DNA of 50,314 nt from Candidatus Aminicenantes bacterium. Its GTDB lineage: Bacteria; Acidobacteriota; Aminicenantia; S016-38. The notes beneath the pieces are model-generated. The model had not been told where the DNA came from. It did no database searches and worked only from the letters and a program-made list of their open reading frames with translations. Location of the stretch: the NCBI GenBank assembly GCA_027025175.1, contig JALVRF010000021.1, forward strand, positions 1 through 50,314, in the 5' to 3' direction. Positions 33,874 through 44,294 of the stretch are shown here, in pieces (position 1 is the first letter of the stretch; each line of letters begins with the position of its first letter). The translations under genes and the position numbers were made by a program.

Positions 33874-36468
33874 TTGAAAACAAAGGGGCTTTTCGCCGTT
33901 TCACTGGTTCTCTTCCTCCTTGGATTGCTGAATTTTTATCAGGCGGTTTTTTCCCCACCCATTTCCGACGGTGTGGAATGGAGTTGGAACCTCATAAGCC
34001 TTTCCTCAAGCGTGGAGGAGGTGTTTCCAGGAGATAAACTCAGGGAGGTTGGGGGAGAGGAGGTATCCAGTCTCCTTGCCCTCCACAGGAAGATTTCCCT
34101 TTTTTCCGAAGGGGAAGGAGTGGTTTACAGGTTAAAATCCCCTGACGGGGCTGAAAAACTCAGTTTCGTGCTCCTGAAGCGGAAGAGGGTAAGCCTTGCC
34201 TATGTGGTGGGTTTTGTAGTGGGAGCCGTTACCCTTCTGTTAGCCTTTTATCTGTTCTTCCGCATAAAAATTGAGGATGTAAGGGAGAGTTTTCTTTTCT
34301 TGGCCCTTCTTCTTTATTCCGTTTACGCCTTCAATTCCCTGAATACGGGAACCCTGCTGGATTATGCGTATTTTTATTTGAAGGAATTTTCTCTGTGGTT
34401 TTTCCCGGTTTATTTTTTATACTTCTTTTCCCTATTCCCTCACAGGGTTGAGACCAGGAAATTCAGAAAATCCTATCTTTTTCTTCTTCCGGCTATTTTT
34501 TCCTCAGGAGAGGTGGTGTTCCAGGCCTCTTTAAACAAAATTCCTCCTGTTCAGGTTTTGAGGATAAACCGCACATTCATGAGATTACATCTGGGATTCG
34601 TTGTGGTCTTTATTTTGATGGCGGTGGGATTGCTTACCTACCTGCTTTTTGAAATTCCCTCCCAGGAAGAAAAGGCGCAGATAAAATGGGTTCTGGCAGG
34701 TCTTGCTGCTGCCTTTGTTCCCTTTGCGCTTCTCTACGGAGTTCCCTATTTCCTTTCTAAGCCGGTTTCCCAACTGGGGGAACTTTCCGTCAGTTTCCAC
34801 ATTTTCCTCCCCTTAGCCTTCCTTTCAAGCCTTACCAAGTATCGTCTTCCCGATGTGGATGTAATTCTTAAAAGGGCCATGGCCTTTACCGCATCCTTTC
34901 TCCTGGTTCTGGGGATTTTTCTGTTTTTCGCCGTGGGGTTTTTCCCCAAGGAGAAAAGGGGGATTGCGGTTTTCGCCCTTTCCGGGGCAGTATTTCTGGC
35001 GGTTCTGATTTTTCCCTTTCTCTACGAAAGAATAAACAGGTTTCTGGACCGAATTTTTTACAGCGAATCCCTCAGGTACAGAACCCAACTTGTGGAAGTT
35101 GCCCAGGACCTGGCCGCTGCCAGGGAGTGGCAGAGCCTTGAGGAAAAATTGCCCCAGATAGTTTCCAAGGCACTTTCAACGGACAGGGTGGCTCTTTACG
35201 GATTCAACGGAAAGGAATTCGTGCTCATAGGCAAGATAGGGGATATTTCTCCTCCCGGGAAGATGTCCATCCCCTCTCTTCCTCAGGGCTATATCAGGCT
35301 GTGGAGGTTTTCCAAGAAGGACTCTGATCTGGGATTCCTCCTTCTGGGCCCCAAAAGGGACAGGAGTTATTACAACATTGAGGACATAGAACTTCTCATG
35401 TTTATTTCCCCTTATGTCACCCTGGCCCTGGAGAACTCACTCCTTTACATGAATCTGAATCGCAGGGCAAAGGAACTGGAGGAGTTGAAGGACTTCAACG
35501 AGAGCATAATTCAGAGCCTTCCCCTTTCCCTGATAGTCACCGACAGTATCGGAAGGGTGGTGGCCACCAACAGGGAGGCCGAGAAACAATTTCCACCACC
35601 CCTGCTTGACCGCCTTATTTCTTCAATTATGAGCATACCTGAGGGCATAGCAGTGGACCGCTGGTTGACTGACCTTAAGGGGGAGAAACGGCTCTATTCC
35701 ATACTGAAAACCTCTCTGAAGAAGGAGGAAGGTTATGTTTTCCTGCTGGAGGACATAACCGATAATTTTATGCTCCAGCAGAGGTTAATGACCTCCGAGA
35801 AACTGGCAGCCCTGGGAACCCTTGTGGCGGGAATAGCCCATGAAATAAACACCCCCATTACCGGGATAATGAATTACCTGGAGTTCCTTTCCGAGGACCT
35901 TCCCGAGGAAAAAAGGGAACTAATGGAGAGGATTCAATCCCAGATAAGGAGAATTATAAAGACAGTGAGGAGCCTTCTCAGTTTCTCCCGCCGTTCGTCG
36001 GAGGGTTTCGTTATGGCGGATTTATCCGAGGTTATTTCCGATGTCAGAGAAGTGCTTAATGCCCAGATAAGAAAAAAGGCCATCAGGGTGGAAATAAAGG
36101 GGAAGGCCTCTGCCATGGTAAATCCCGACAGGATACAGCAGGTATTTTTCAACCTCTTTTCCAATTCCCTGGCAGCCACGGAGAGAGGCGGAAAAATAGA
36201 GATTAACCTGAGTGAGGACGAAGAAAAAGTTAGAATAGAATTTTCAGACGATGGTCACGGGATAAGGCCTGAGGACCTTCCCAAGGTTTTTGACCCCTTC
36301 TTTACCACGAAACCCGGGGGCACCGGCTTGGGCCTTTCAATAACTTTTGCCATAATAAAGGAGCACGGAGGGGAAATTGAGGTAAGAAGCAGGGAGGGGG
36401 AAGGAACGACCTTTATAATAACCCTTCCTAAAAGGAGGGAAAATGAACAGAGCCCTGGTAATAGATGA
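33874..36468 (+). CDS. Multi-TM sensor histidine kinase (PDZ-like loop, TM bundle, GAF/PAS-like, HisKA, HATPase)
   Basis: EKLAALGTLVAGIAHEINTP, QVFFNL, DDGHGI, PFFTTK, GTGLGL; start moved to TTG 33874 because the longer ORF runs through the tRNA. Confidence 0.9.
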   Translation: MKTKGLFAVSLVLFLLGLLNFYQAVFSPPISDGVEWSWNLISLSSSVEEVFPGDKLREVGGEEVSSLLALHRKISLFSEGEGVVYRLKSPDGAEKLSFVLLKRKRVSLAYVVGFVVGAVTLLLAFYLFFRIKIEDVRESFLFLALLLYSVYAFNSLNTGTLLDYAYFYLKEFSLWFFPVYFLYFFSLFPHRVETRKFRKSYLFLLPAIFSSGEVVFQASLNKIPPVQVLRINRTFMRLHLGFVVVFILMAVGLLTYLLFEIPSQEEKAQIKWVLAGLAAAFVPFALLYGVPYFLSKPVSQLGELSVSFHIFLPLAFLSSLTKYRLPDVDVILKRAMAFTASFLLVLGIFLFFAVGFFPKEKRGIAVFALSGAVFLAVLIFPFLYERINRFLDRIFYSESLRYRTQLVEVAQDLAAAREWQSLEEKLPQIVSKALSTDRVALYGFNGKEFVLIGKIGDISPPGKMSIPSLPQGYIRLWRFSKKDSDLGFLLLGPKRDRSYYNIEDIELLMFISPYVTLALENSLLYMNLNRRAKELEELKDFNESIIQSLPLSLIVTDSIGRVVATNREAEKQFPPPLLDRLISSIMSIPEGIAVDRWLTDLKGEKRLYSILKTSLKKEEGYVFLLEDITDNFMLQQRLMTSEKLAALGTLVAGIAHEINTPITGIMNYLEFLSEDLPEEKRELMERIQSQIRRIIKTVRSLLSFSRRSSEGFVMADLSEVISDVREVLNAQIRKKAIRVEIKGKASAMVNPDRIQQVFFNLFSNSLAATERGGKIEINLSEDEEKVRIEFSDDGHGIRPEDLPKVFDPFFTTKPGGTGLGLSITFAIIKEHGGEIEVRSREGEGTTFIITLPKRRENEQSPGNR

Positions 36469-37792
36469 CGAAGAAGTAATACAGGATGTTATAAGGAGGG
36501 TTCTTGAAAGGCACAGGATTTCCACCAGGGAGGTCTATACTTTGGAGGAAGCCAGAAAGCATCTGAACCAGGAATATGATCTTGTTTTTCTTGACCTCAG
36601 ACTCCCCGATGGCAACGGTCTTGATATTCTTCCCCTTATAAGGGAAAAATTACCCTACAGTCCTGTGATTGTTTTAACCGCTTACGGCACGGTGGAATCT
36701 GCGGTCAAGGCCCTCAAACAGGGGGCCTTTGATTTTCTGGAGAAACCCTTTGCCCTGAAGGAATTTGAGGACAGGGTAAAGAAGGCCCTTCAGGTGAGGG
36801 AATTATATCGCCAGAACATAGAGTTAAAGAAGGAACTGGACGAAGTAAAGGGTTTTGGGAACCTCATAGGGAAAAACAGGCGCATGATTGAGGTTTACGA
36901 TATGATTTCCAGGGTGGCAGAGACCGATGTTACGGTTCTCATTGAAGGGGAAAGCGGTACAGGAAAGGAGATGGTGGCCAGGGAAATTCACCGAAGGTCA
37001 AAGCGCAAGGGAAAATTCGTTGTCTTCCACTGCGGTAATATTTCCCCGGACCTTGTGGAGTCACATCTTTTCGGTCACAGGAAAGGTGCCTTTACAGGAG
37101 CCACCGAGGATAAAAAGGGCTTTATTGAGGAAGCAGAGGGAGGGACCCTTCTCCTGGACGACATACTGACCCTCCCATGGGAGACCCAGGCCAAACTCCT
37201 GAGGTTCCTTGAAACCAGGGAGTTCATAAAACTGGGGGAAACCAAGCCCCGCCGTTCCACAGCCAGACTGCTTATAGCCTCCAACAAACCTTTGAAGAAG
37301 GCAGTTGAGGAAGGAAAGTTCAGGGAGGACCTTTTCTACAGGATAAATGTGGTGAGGATAGAACTTCCGCCCCTCAGAAGCCGCAGGGAGGACATTCCCC
37401 TCTTCGTGTTCCATTTTCTCAAGGAATTTTCTAGGAAACACAATAAAAGGATTAAAGGCATAAAGGAGCAGGCCATGGACCTTCTGATGAACTACCACTG
37501 GCCCGGCAATGTAAGGGAACTGAAAAATGCCATAGAGAGTGCGGTTATCCTCTCCAGGGGGGAATGGATAGATGTGGGAAATCTCCCGGACTGGATTCTG
37601 CGGGGAAAGCCAACGGATGTGAAAATTTCCCTGGGCACGAAAACATATAAGGAAATGATGGAGGAGTTTGAAAGGACTCTTATTCTTACCGCCCTGAGAC
37701 AGGCTGGAGGAGTTCAGAAAAAGGCGGCGGAACTTCTGGGCATGAATCCATCCACCCTTAGCATGGCCATAAAGAGGCTTGGGATTAAATAA
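36443..37792 (+). CDS. Sigma54-dependent response regulator (NtrC/AtoC type)
   Basis: VIDDE, LDLRLP, GESGTGKE, GAFTGA, WPGNVREL, HTH. Confidence 0.93.
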   Translation: MNRALVIDDEEVIQDVIRRVLERHRISTREVYTLEEARKHLNQEYDLVFLDLRLPDGNGLDILPLIREKLPYSPVIVLTAYGTVESAVKALKQGAFDFLEKPFALKEFEDRVKKALQVRELYRQNIELKKELDEVKGFGNLIGKNRRMIEVYDMISRVAETDVTVLIEGESGTGKEMVAREIHRRSKRKGKFVVFHCGNISPDLVESHLFGHRKGAFTGATEDKKGFIEEAEGGTLLLDDILTLPWETQAKLLRFLETREFIKLGETKPRRSTARLLIASNKPLKKAVEEGKFREDLFYRINVVRIELPPLRSRREDIPLFVFHFLKEFSRKHNKRIKGIKEQAMDLLMNYHWPGNVRELKNAIESAVILSRGEWIDVGNLPDWILRGKPTDVKISLGTKTYKEMMEEFERTLILTALRQAGGVQKKAAELLGMNPSTLSMAIKRLGIK

Positions 37793-38135
37793 CCTCTATT
37801 TTCTTCTCCCCTTCCCATATCCCGTGAATATTGCAGGAGGCAACGGCGTGAAGAACGGAGGTTGTGTCTAAGGATAGGAAAAAGGAGAATCTCGGTTCCA
37901 CCAGTGGAGGAAAAGGGTCATATCTCAGGACGAGAAGAGGAGGTCTGTTTTCCACTTCCAGGAAAACCAGAATTGAGAAAATGTGGTGGGGAAAGGTGTA
38001 GGGATGGGGTTTTTCCCCAACCCTTATTTTCACCTCAAAACTTTTGCCGGCTTTGACCCTTTCCGGCGCTTCAATTATTGGAACATGCCTTTGGGCTTCC
38101 TGAGCGTCATTCCCGAGAAGTTTGTCAAAACTCAT
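37785..38135 (-). CDS. Neelaredoxin-type superoxide reductase-like protein
   Basis: HVP, HP....HHI, CNIHG iron-ligand pattern. Confidence 0.82.
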   Translation of the reverse strand: MSFDKLLGNDAQEAQRHVPIIEAPERVKAGKSFEVKIRVGEKPHPYTFPHHIFSILVFLEVENRPPLLVLRYDPFPPLVEPRFSFFLSLDTTSVLHAVASCNIHGIWEGEKKIEVI

Positions 38136-39466
38136 GCTTCCACCTCCACAAATTTTGAGACAGCCCTGGCCTTCCAGTCCCTCTTGACGAAGAATGTGGC
38201 TGAAATTAATGAAGAAATGAAGGCGGAAAGAACCATGGCATACCAGATGCCCCGCAGGGCCATAGCCCTGGAAAGAAGGGGGGCAAGGATAAGGAGCAGG
38301 GTAACTCTTCCCAGGGAAACATAGAGGGGAGGCATGGTATCCCCTGAGGCCCTGAAGGCGGAGGAGAGGGATACATTAACGGCCACGAATATCTGGCCCA
38401 CCAGGAAGAACCTGAGAACCTCCGCCCCTATTCTTGCTATTTCCTTAGAAAACAACCCCATGAGGCCTTCGCTCAGGGGAAAGAGAAGGAAAACTGCGAG
38501 TGCCATTACCGCCACGTTTATCCCGACGACTTTGAGAACCGTTTTCTCCGCTTCCTTCTCCTTTCCCATTCCCAGATATTGGCCGGCAACTATGGTGGAA
38601 GATATGGCTAAACTCATTATGGGAATCTGGACAAAATGCATAATTCTTCCTGCCACTCCCACCGCCGCAATTACCTCCTTTCCATATCCTGCTACAATCC
38701 TCAGCATAACTATCATGGTGAGGCTCATGAGGGTAAATTGAATCCCGGATGGAAGGCCAACCTTCAAAATTTTCCCTGCCAACTTAAGATCCGGTTTGTG
38801 AGGTATAAAGGGATTGGCTCCCAGAAGCTTGGCCAGTTTGAATAGGCCGTAGGCGAAGGAGAGGGCATAGGAGAGCCCGGTGGCCACCGCTGCGCCCTTT
38901 ACCCCCATTTTCAGACCGAAGATGAATATGGGGTCCAGAACCATGTTGGTGATGTTTGATAGGACGAGTATGAACATGGGGGTGAAGGTATCCCCGGTGG
39001 CCCGGAAAAGGGAATTTATACCGAAGTTTAGAGTAAAGAAAGCGATGAAGGGAGCCAGGGCCAGCAGGTAACTCACCCCCTGGGAGGCTACAGAACCCTT
39101 TGCTCCCATAAGTCTCATGGCTGGCAGGGGAAAGGCGAAGACCAGAAGAGCAAGAGCAAGGCCGGAATAAAGGGAAAGGCTTATGGCCTGGGTTGAGAAC
39201 TCAAGGATTTTTCCCCAATCCCTTTTCCCCTTGAACTGGGAAACATAAGCGGTGGCACCAACGGCGATGGTCTGGGATACGGTAAATACTAAAAAATTCA
39301 CCACCGAAGCCAGGGAGACCGCCGCGATCTGGGAGGTTCCCAATCGGGAAATCCAGAAAATATCCACTAAAGCATACAGGTTCTGCAGGGTAAAGGATAT
39401 AAAAGTGGGGACGGAAAGTATGGCCAGGTCCCTCAGGGAATTGGAATAAAATCTTTTGCCTCTCAA
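38132..39466 (-). CDS. MATE-family efflux transporter
   Basis: LYALVDIFWISRLG, FRATGDT..PM, LDPIFIF..GVKGAA.AT; about 12 TM. Confidence 0.92.
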   Translation of the reverse strand: MRGKRFYSNSLRDLAILSVPTFISFTLQNLYALVDIFWISRLGTSQIAAVSLASVVNFLVFTVSQTIAVGATAYVSQFKGKRDWGKILEFSTQAISLSLYSGLALALLVFAFPLPAMRLMGAKGSVASQGVSYLLALAPFIAFFTLNFGINSLFRATGDTFTPMFILVLSNITNMVLDPIFIFGLKMGVKGAAVATGLSYALSFAYGLFKLAKLLGANPFIPHKPDLKLAGKILKVGLPSGIQFTLMSLTMIVMLRIVAGYGKEVIAAVGVAGRIMHFVQIPIMSLAISSTIVAGQYLGMGKEKEAEKTVLKVVGINVAVMALAVFLLFPLSEGLMGLFSKEIARIGAEVLRFFLVGQIFVAVNVSLSSAFRASGDTMPPLYVSLGRVTLLLILAPLLSRAMALRGIWYAMVLSAFISSLISATFFVKRDWKARAVSKFVEVEA

Positions 39467-39498
39467 GAGGGTAATTATAGTATAATTTAGGCTAAATT

Positions 39499-40593
39499 AT
39501 GGAGTTTATGGACCTTCACATCCAGGAGGAGGACCTCCTCAGGGAGATTGAGGAGGTTTTTGCCCAGACCCTGAAGACCGCAAGATATGTGGGGGGACCC
39601 TTTGTGGAGAATTTTGAAAAGGAGTTTGCCCGGTGGGTGGGGACGAATTATTCGGTCTCAGTAGGTTCAGGAACCCAGGCTCTCAAATATTGTCTATGGG
39701 CCCTTGGTATCGGAGAAGGTGACGAGGTCATAACCACCCCCCTGACCTTCGTGGCCACCGCCGAGGCCATAGCCAGTTTAGGGGCAAAGCCGGTTTTCGT
39801 GGATGTAAATCCTGAAACCTTCCAGATTCACGAGGAGAAGATTGAGGATGCCATAACCTCTAAGACTAAGGCCATTCTTCCCGTTCACCTATTCGGAGCC
39901 CCGGCGGAGATGGGAAAGATTATGGATATAGCCGAGAGGCACAACCTCTGGGTGGTGGAGGACGCAGCCCAGGCCCACGGTGCTCTTTACAGGGAAAGAA
40001 AAGTGGGGAGCATAGGCCATTGTGGGGCCTTCAGTTTCTATCCTACCAAGAACCTTTCAGCCATGGGCGAGGCAGGAGCCGTTACCACCGATTCCCAGGA
40101 GATTGTCCAGAAGGTAAGGCTAATTGAAAATCACGGCCAGGACAAGCCTTATCATTCCCTTTTTCCCGGGGAAAACGGGAGAATGGATGCCCTCCAGGCA
40201 GGGATTCTTCTTAAAAAACTCAAATATATAGACCGGTGGAACCGCAGGAGAAGGGAGATAGCGGAGATATACAGGAGGGAATTTTCAGGTTTGGTCAAGA
40301 TGCAGAAGGTGGAGGAAGGTTCTGTTTCCGCCTATCACCTTTTCGTTATCCTACATCCCGGCAGGGATAAACTGCAGAGGGAGCTTGCATCGTGGGGCAT
40401 TCCCACTAAGGTTTACTATCCCATCCCCCTGCACCTGCAGAAGGCCTTTTCCTATTTAGGCTACAGGAGGGGAGATTTTCCCGCTGCCGAAGGGATAAGT
40501 TCCAGCCTTCTTGCCCTTCCCATAGGTCCCTGGATGAAGGACAAGGATGTTTACAGGGTGGTGGAGGGCATGAAAAAAGCATTAAAAAAATAA
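39499..40593 (+). CDS. DegT/DnrJ/EryC1/StrS PLP aminotransferase
   Basis: TFVAT, PVHLFG, EDAAQAHG, FSFYPTKNL. Confidence 0.94.
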   Translation: MEFMDLHIQEEDLLREIEEVFAQTLKTARYVGGPFVENFEKEFARWVGTNYSVSVGSGTQALKYCLWALGIGEGDEVITTPLTFVATAEAIASLGAKPVFVDVNPETFQIHEEKIEDAITSKTKAILPVHLFGAPAEMGKIMDIAERHNLWVVEDAAQAHGALYRERKVGSIGHCGAFSFYPTKNLSAMGEAGAVTTDSQEIVQKVRLIENHGQDKPYHSLFPGENGRMDALQAGILLKKLKYIDRWNRRRREIAEIYRREFSGLVKMQKVEEGSVSAYHLFVILHPGRDKLQRELASWGIPTKVYYPIPLHLQKAFSYLGYRRGDFPAAEGISSSLLALPIGPWMKDKDVYRVVEGMKKALKK

Positions 40594-40606
40594 AAGGGAG
40601 GGGAAA

Positions 40607-41926
40607 ATGGAGCCCAAGGATGTTGAGGAGCTCATTAAAAGGGAAGGGGTAAAGTTTATTCAACTATGGTTTGTGGACCTTGAAGGAAACCTGAAAAGCG
40701 TTTCCATGCCCTCGGAAAGGTGGGGGGATGTTTTGAAATGGGGGGCTTCCTTTGATGGAAGTTCTATCCGGGGATTCTCCAGGATAGAGGAAAGCGACAT
40801 GTTTTTAAGGCCGGACCTGAGCACCTTCTCGGTTCTTCCCATCGAAAGCCCCCATGGGAAGGTGGCCAGGGTATTCTCTGATGTTATAAAGCCGGATGGT
40901 TCATGCTACGAGGATTCCCCCAGGAGAATATTAAAGAGGATTCTTATGGAAGCGGAGGAGGAGGGGTTTAAATTCTATGTGGGGCCAGAGCTGGAATTCT
41001 TTTACTTCAAGACCAGGCGGGAGCCGGAATTCATAGACTTTAACGGGTATTTTGATTATGTTCCCCCGGATACCGGGGAAGCCATGCTTCGCGAGACGGT
41101 GGGAAGGCTTAAAACCATGGGCACAGAGGTGGAATATCTCCATCACGAAGTTTCCCCCTCACAATACGAACTGGACCTCCGCTACAGCGATGCCCTTTCC
41201 ATGGCGGACACACTGATCACCGCCAAGTTCATGGTGAAGTATGTGGCAGAGAAAAACGGGTATTATGCCACCTTCATGCCCAAACCCATCCAGGGGATAA
41301 ACGGCAGCGGACTCCACCTTCACCAGTCCCTTTTCAGGGGAGGTAAAAACGCCTTTTTTGACTCCAGGGATCCTTTTCTCATGTCAGAGATTGCCAGGGG
41401 TTATGTGGCCGGACTTTTAAAACACGCCAGGGAACTTACCCTAATAACCAATCAGTGGATAAACTCCTATAAAAGGCTGGTTCCTGGATACGAAGCCCCG
41501 GTTTACATAACCTGGGGGAGATACAACCGCTCTCCCCTTATCAGGGTGCCCGCTATCCCCGAGGAAAAGTCCTCTTCCATGAGGATTGAATACCGCTCCC
41601 CGGACCCGGCCTCCAACCCTTATCTGGTATTTGCTGTTTTGCTGAAGGCAGGGCTTAAGGGCATAAAGGAGAGGTATGAACTTCCTCCGGCCAGGGAAGA
41701 AAATGTCTACAGGATGGAGGCAAAGCGCAGGGCAGAGCTCAAAATTGATACCCTCCCTGGTAGCCTCATAGAGGCCATAATAGAGGCGGAAAGGGGAAAT
41801 CTGGTAAAGGAAACCTTGGGAGATTCTGCCTTTGACAAACTCATAGCCTCCAAAAGAGCCCAGTGGGATGACTACCGCCAGATAATAACCGCTTACGAGA
41901 TGGAGAAGTATTTCCCGGTTCTTTAG
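40607..41926 (+). CDS. glnA: Glutamine synthetase type I
   Basis: FDGSSI, GPELEF, HHEV..QYE, FMPKP..NGSGLH, NSYKRLVPGYEAP, IEYRSPD..NPYL. Confidence 0.95.
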   Translation: MEPKDVEELIKREGVKFIQLWFVDLEGNLKSVSMPSERWGDVLKWGASFDGSSIRGFSRIEESDMFLRPDLSTFSVLPIESPHGKVARVFSDVIKPDGSCYEDSPRRILKRILMEAEEEGFKFYVGPELEFFYFKTRREPEFIDFNGYFDYVPPDTGEAMLRETVGRLKTMGTEVEYLHHEVSPSQYELDLRYSDALSMADTLITAKFMVKYVAEKNGYYATFMPKPIQGINGSGLHLHQSLFRGGKNAFFDSRDPFLMSEIARGYVAGLLKHARELTLITNQWINSYKRLVPGYEAPVYITWGRYNRSPLIRVPAIPEEKSSSMRIEYRSPDPASNPYLVFAVLLKAGLKGIKERYELPPAREENVYRMEAKRRAELKIDTLPGSLIEAIIEAERGNLVKETLGDSAFDKLIASKRAQWDDYRQIITAYEMEKYFPVL

Positions 41927-41954
41927 TTGAAATCCCTCCCTTTTTTCCTAATAT
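41927..41954 (+). promoter_or_regulatory. Sigma70-type promoter, leaderless start of the kinase gene
   Basis: TTGAAA-16 nt-TAATAT, then 6 nt to GTG 41961; no SD. Confidence 0.6.
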
Positions 41955-41960
41955 AAAATT

Positions 41961-44294
41961 GTGGGAAAGACCGTAGGTCATTACGAAATTCTGGAAAAAA
42001 TAAGCGAAGGGGGGATGGGGGCGGTATACAGGGCCAGGGACATTTATTTGGGCAGAATAGTAGCCATAAAAATCATCCCCTCAAGGATAAGGGATGAGGA
42101 GATAAGGAAGAAGTTAAAGAACGAAGCCCTTTCCCTATCCAGACTTTCCCACCCCAACATAGCCCTTCTTTACGAATACAATGTGGAGGGGAAGCTTGAG
42201 TATTTAGTGATGGAATTCGTGGACGGAAGTCCCCTTTCCTCGATCCTCAAAGAAAGAAGCCTTTCCATAGAGGAGGTTCTCGATTTTTCCCTTCAAATAG
42301 CAGAGGCTTTGAAGGAGGCCCATTCCAGGGGAATAGTTCACCGGGACATAAAGCCCTCCAATGTTATGGTTACCCCAGAGAGAAGGGTTAAGGTGGTGGA
42401 CTTTGGGATTTCCAGTTTCTTTCAGGAAGGGGCTGCAAAGACCTATCATCGTCTCGGCACCCTGGGTTATGTGGCTCCCGAGGTCATCCTTAAGGGGGAA
42501 GTTACCCCCAAGAGCGATATTTTTTCCTTTGGAATCCTGCTCTACCGCATGGTGGAAGGAAAAACACCCTATCCCACCGGTGTTTATTATGACAGGGAAA
42601 TGAAATTTATCCCCCCGCCTGAGATAAAAAGGGAGGTTGCGGCACCGCTGAAGGAGTTAATCTATGCCATGCTGAGGGAGAAGCCCCAGGAGAGGCCGGA
42701 CATTTTCCAGGTTTGTCAGGTTCTTAAGGCGCTGCAGAGGGAGGAGACCACCCTGGCCGGGATAACCGAAATTCCCAAGGCCACCAAATTCCTTAGCCGC
42801 AGGTGGCTCATTTTGGCAATTACTATAGTCGGTCTGATAATCTCAGGGACGGTTGTTTATTTTCTCCTCTTTCACCCTTCCCCTTCTCCCGCCTTTTTCT
42901 ATTTTCCCTCCTTTGAAAATGCCACGGGAAAGGGGGAATACAATTTCCTTGCCTTTGGCCTTGCCTCTGAGATAAGGAGGAGGCTTTCAGCCACCAGAGG
43001 TTTCGTTTTCGTTCCCTCCTCGGATGTGGAGGCTCTGTTGAAAAAGGGCCATTCGCTGAAGAGCGCAGCGAAAAAGGCCGGGGCTTCCTGGATGGTAAGG
43101 GGGAGTTTGAAGGAGGAAAGGGAGGGGCTGGTTCTTCATTATTCGCTGGTTAACCTGAAGAAGGGAAAGGGATTCGAGGACCGGGTTCCGGTGGTTAAAG
43201 GAAAATTCCAGGAGGATGTGAAAGAGGTATCAGAGAACCTCCTCCGGTGGACCAATTATCCGGCCAGGCCACAGGAGAAGGGTGCCAATCCCCAGGCCTA
43301 CGAACTTTATCTAAAGGGCCTTTTTCTCCTGAGAAGTTCTAAAGTTGAAAGGGCCAATCTTGACCAGGCCAAGGAATTTCTGGAAAAAGCCCTTTCCTTG
43401 GAAAAAAGACCAGAATACTACATTACCCTTTCCCGGGTTTATTTTTCTTACATAACCCGGGGAGTGGAAATTAATCCTGATAACTACAGGCTATGCAGGT
43501 ATTACCTTAGAAGGGCTAAGGAAATTTCCCCCCAAGACCCCTCGGTGCTCACATGGGAAGCTTATCTTGATATGGTTTTTAAGGAACCGGACATAATTTC
43601 CGCCCTAAGGAAGGGCGCCGGAGAGCTTGAAAGGGGGAACCTGGACCTGCGGATAGGCACGGCCATGGGGTATTTGCTGAAAATAACCGGTAATTTTTCC
43701 CTGGCAGAGAGATTCTACCGATTTTACGGAAAACTTTTCCCGCAAAACGATATAGTTAACCTTCAACTTGCCTGGACCCTTTACCTGGAAGGGAAAGGAG
43801 AGGAGGCTATTTCCCTGCTTGAGCCCTTCCTGAAATCCCATCCCGATGTTGCCTGGGCAAGAATTCTCCTGGCAAAATTCCTGGTGGCCCAGGGAAGGGG
43901 AAAGGAAGCCCTTGAAATTCTTAAACCTCTTCCTCCCCTGGTGCCTGTAAGATTGGTAAGGTATCAGGCGGAGAACTATCCAACTAAGAAGTTCAATTTT
44001 GAGCCTAATGCTAATTTACTCAAGGCAGTTTCCTACTCCGAAGACATGGCCTTGTGGACCGCAGAGTGCTATTCCCTTTCCGGGAAAAGAGCCCTTGCCC
44101 TGAAATACCTGAAAATTGCCGTAAATAATGGCTATTTAGTATGGAATTTCTTCCAGAGGGACCCCCTTCTTTCGGAATTAAAGAAAGAAAAAGAATACCG
44201 GGAACTTCAGAGCAAGGGAATGGATGAATTGAGGAAAATTTGGAAAAAAGAAAAGGTAATACTGGGGCCAATTATGAGGAAACTGGGAATTTAA
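41961..44294 (+). CDS. Hanks-type Ser/Thr kinase with TM helix, TolB-N-like domain and TPRs
   Basis: EGGMGAVY, VAIK, HRDIKPSN, DFG, GYVAPE, SDIFSFG; TM; FEN.TG..LAFGLA; AYELYLKG. Confidence 0.92.
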   Translation: MGKTVGHYEILEKISEGGMGAVYRARDIYLGRIVAIKIIPSRIRDEEIRKKLKNEALSLSRLSHPNIALLYEYNVEGKLEYLVMEFVDGSPLSSILKERSLSIEEVLDFSLQIAEALKEAHSRGIVHRDIKPSNVMVTPERRVKVVDFGISSFFQEGAAKTYHRLGTLGYVAPEVILKGEVTPKSDIFSFGILLYRMVEGKTPYPTGVYYDREMKFIPPPEIKREVAAPLKELIYAMLREKPQERPDIFQVCQVLKALQREETTLAGITEIPKATKFLSRRWLILAITIVGLIISGTVVYFLLFHPSPSPAFFYFPSFENATGKGEYNFLAFGLASEIRRRLSATRGFVFVPSSDVEALLKKGHSLKSAAKKAGASWMVRGSLKEEREGLVLHYSLVNLKKGKGFEDRVPVVKGKFQEDVKEVSENLLRWTNYPARPQEKGANPQAYELYLKGLFLLRSSKVERANLDQAKEFLEKALSLEKRPEYYITLSRVYFSYITRGVEINPDNYRLCRYYLRRAKEISPQDPSVLTWEAYLDMVFKEPDIISALRKGAGELERGNLDLRIGTAMGYLLKITGNFSLAERFYRFYGKLFPQNDIVNLQLAWTLYLEGKGEEAISLLEPFLKSHPDVAWARILLAKFLVAQGRGKEALEILKPLPPLVPVRLVRYQAENYPTKKFNFEPNANLLKAVSYSEDMALWTAECYSLSGKRALALKYLKIAVNNGYLVWNFFQRDPLLSELKKEKEYRELQSKGMDELRKIWKKEKVILGPIMRKLGI

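Noticed and set aside
41961-44294. Ser/Thr kinase as part of a phage-defence system
   Set aside because: Membrane kinase-TolB-TPR layout is a signalling type and there are no defence neighbours
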